A stretch of DNA of 64,000 nt from assembly GCA_963751455.1 (NCBI GenBank), contig CAVVUN010000001.1, forward strand, positions 1-64,000. Direction: 5' to 3'. This DNA is from Nitrospirota bacterium. GTDB taxonomy: Bacteria; Nitrospirota; UBA9217. Within the stretch, counting starts at the first letter, position 1. Every line of letters starts with the position of its first letter. Shown here one piece after another: positions 62,917 to 64,000 of the stretch. A program made the translations under genes and the position numbers. The notes below the pieces were generated by a model. It was not told the origin of the DNA. It saw only the letters and a list, made by a program, of their open reading frames with translations, and searched no databases.

Positions 62917-63899
62917 TGTAACCAGTTCTGTTCACGGTACCATTGCCAGGTCGTCTCCAACCCTTTCCGGAGCGGATAGGCCGGTGCAAAACCGATTTGT
63001 TTTTCGGTCGTGCTGACGTCGCAAACCCAGTATCTTTGCGCGGCCTCCCGCACTTTCTGCCGGTTCGTAATTGGCGCTCTCGATCTGAGAATGCCGCTGC
63101 ATTCGTATGCGAGCGCCATAAGGTAAGCGACGGGATACGGTATTCTGACGGTAAAAGCTTTCACTCCTCCTGTCTCGATTAATATTTTTCTGAAGTCAGA
63201 CCAGGAGTATGTCCTGTTCTCAGCCACAAAATATATTCCGCCGTTCGGCGTTTGACGTTCAGCAGCCAGGACCATGGCCGAAGAAAGATCACCGACATAG
63301 CAAGGATTGATATAGTGTTCGCCGCTCCCTATCTCGAGCGTAATCCCGCGGCTGGCCCAGCAGAAAAGCTCATATACATCGCGGTCGCGAGGGCCGTATA
63401 CTGCCGAAGGCCGCACGATAACCACAGGAAAAATGTCCTTGTAACTGAGTGTCGCCTGCTCGGCAAGCATCTTGCTCCGGCCGTAATCGGATACCGGGCG
63501 CAGCGGATCACCTGCGCAAACCGGTTTGCCGTCCGTGCTGGGACCTGCTGCTGCCAAACTCGATACCAGGATGAACTTTTTGATGCCGGGGTTATGACGG
63601 GCACATGCTGCCAACAGATTGCTGGTACCGACATGGTTTACCGTGTAGTAATCACGTGCGCGAATCGCCTTCGTCAGACCTGCGGCATGAAACACAATCG
63701 ACACGTCTTTTACAGCGGAAACGAGCGATTCCGGATGACGGCAATCTCCCCGCACAATCTCGACGGGCAAGCCGGCAAGCCACTGCGGACGACGCGGGTC
63801 CCGTACGAGGCAGGCGACATCGTAACCTCGCTGGAGGAGCAATTCCACGAGGTGGCTCCCCACGAAACCCGTACCCCCGGTCACGAGCACTCTGGTCAA
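62913..63899 (-). CDS. NAD-dependent epimerase/dehydratase (extended SDR), candidate ceramide-pathway reductase
   Basis: [31 protein letters not shown]; overlaps the spt start. Confidence 0.88.
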   Translation of the reverse strand: MTRVLVTGGTGFVGSHLVELLLQRGYDVACLVRDPRRPQWLAGLPVEIVRGDCRHPESLVSAVKDVSIVFHAAGLTKAIRARDYYTVNHVGTSNLLAACARHNPGIKKFILVSSLAAAGPSTDGKPVCAGDPLRPVSDYGRSKMLAEQATLSYKDIFPVVIVRPSAVYGPRDRDVYELFCWASRGITLEIGSGEHYINPCYVGDLSSAMVLAAERQTPNGGIYFVAENRTYSWSDFRKILIETGGVKAFTVRIPYPVAYLMALAYECSGILRSRAPITNRQKVREAAQRYWVCDVSTTEKQIGFAPAYPLRKGLETTWQWYREQNWLH

Positions 63900-64000
63900 A
63901 TGCGTTCTCTTCCCGCCCTTCCTTCAGTGATTATTGAATAGCGCCGCACGGCTGGAAGTGCCGGCGGCAGCAAGAATTACCGCGAAGTATGAATATTGAT

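Overview
Bacterial chromosome segment, about 52% GC by eye, probably from an anaerobic Nitrospirota/Desulfobacterota-like organism (inference). Many single-base indels, including in dnaE, point to an error-prone long-read or MAG assembly. Contents: (1) housekeeping genes (tRNA-Cys, dnaE, class I aldolase, rel, recJ, tatA, mobA, ridA, mltD-like). (2) A RAYT transposase flanked by inverted GTAG REPs, plus many nested palindromes and MITEs, including a ~430-bp repeat on both sides of a hybrid kinase gene. (3) A minus-strand integron cassette array (~21-31.8 kb) whose intI has lost its middle. The array holds a group II intron inserted in an attC, a HigBA module, a UGA/SECIS selenoprotein cassette, and three ORF-less ~130-bp cassettes whose body is an inverted copy of their own attC, with structure conserved across two dissimilar sequences. 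(4) A divergent metal-uptake-like cluster preceded by a candidate ..ERPP ribosome-arrest leader. (5) A pentaheme selenoprotein (ExtKL-like). (6) A ceramide-synthesis-like cluster (spt, bCerS, reductase, CTP-dependent lipid kinase, Aur1/PAP2-like) next to a MacAB-TolC exporter containing an SRPBCC/START-fold gene. All calls come from reading the sequence by eye; no searches were run.
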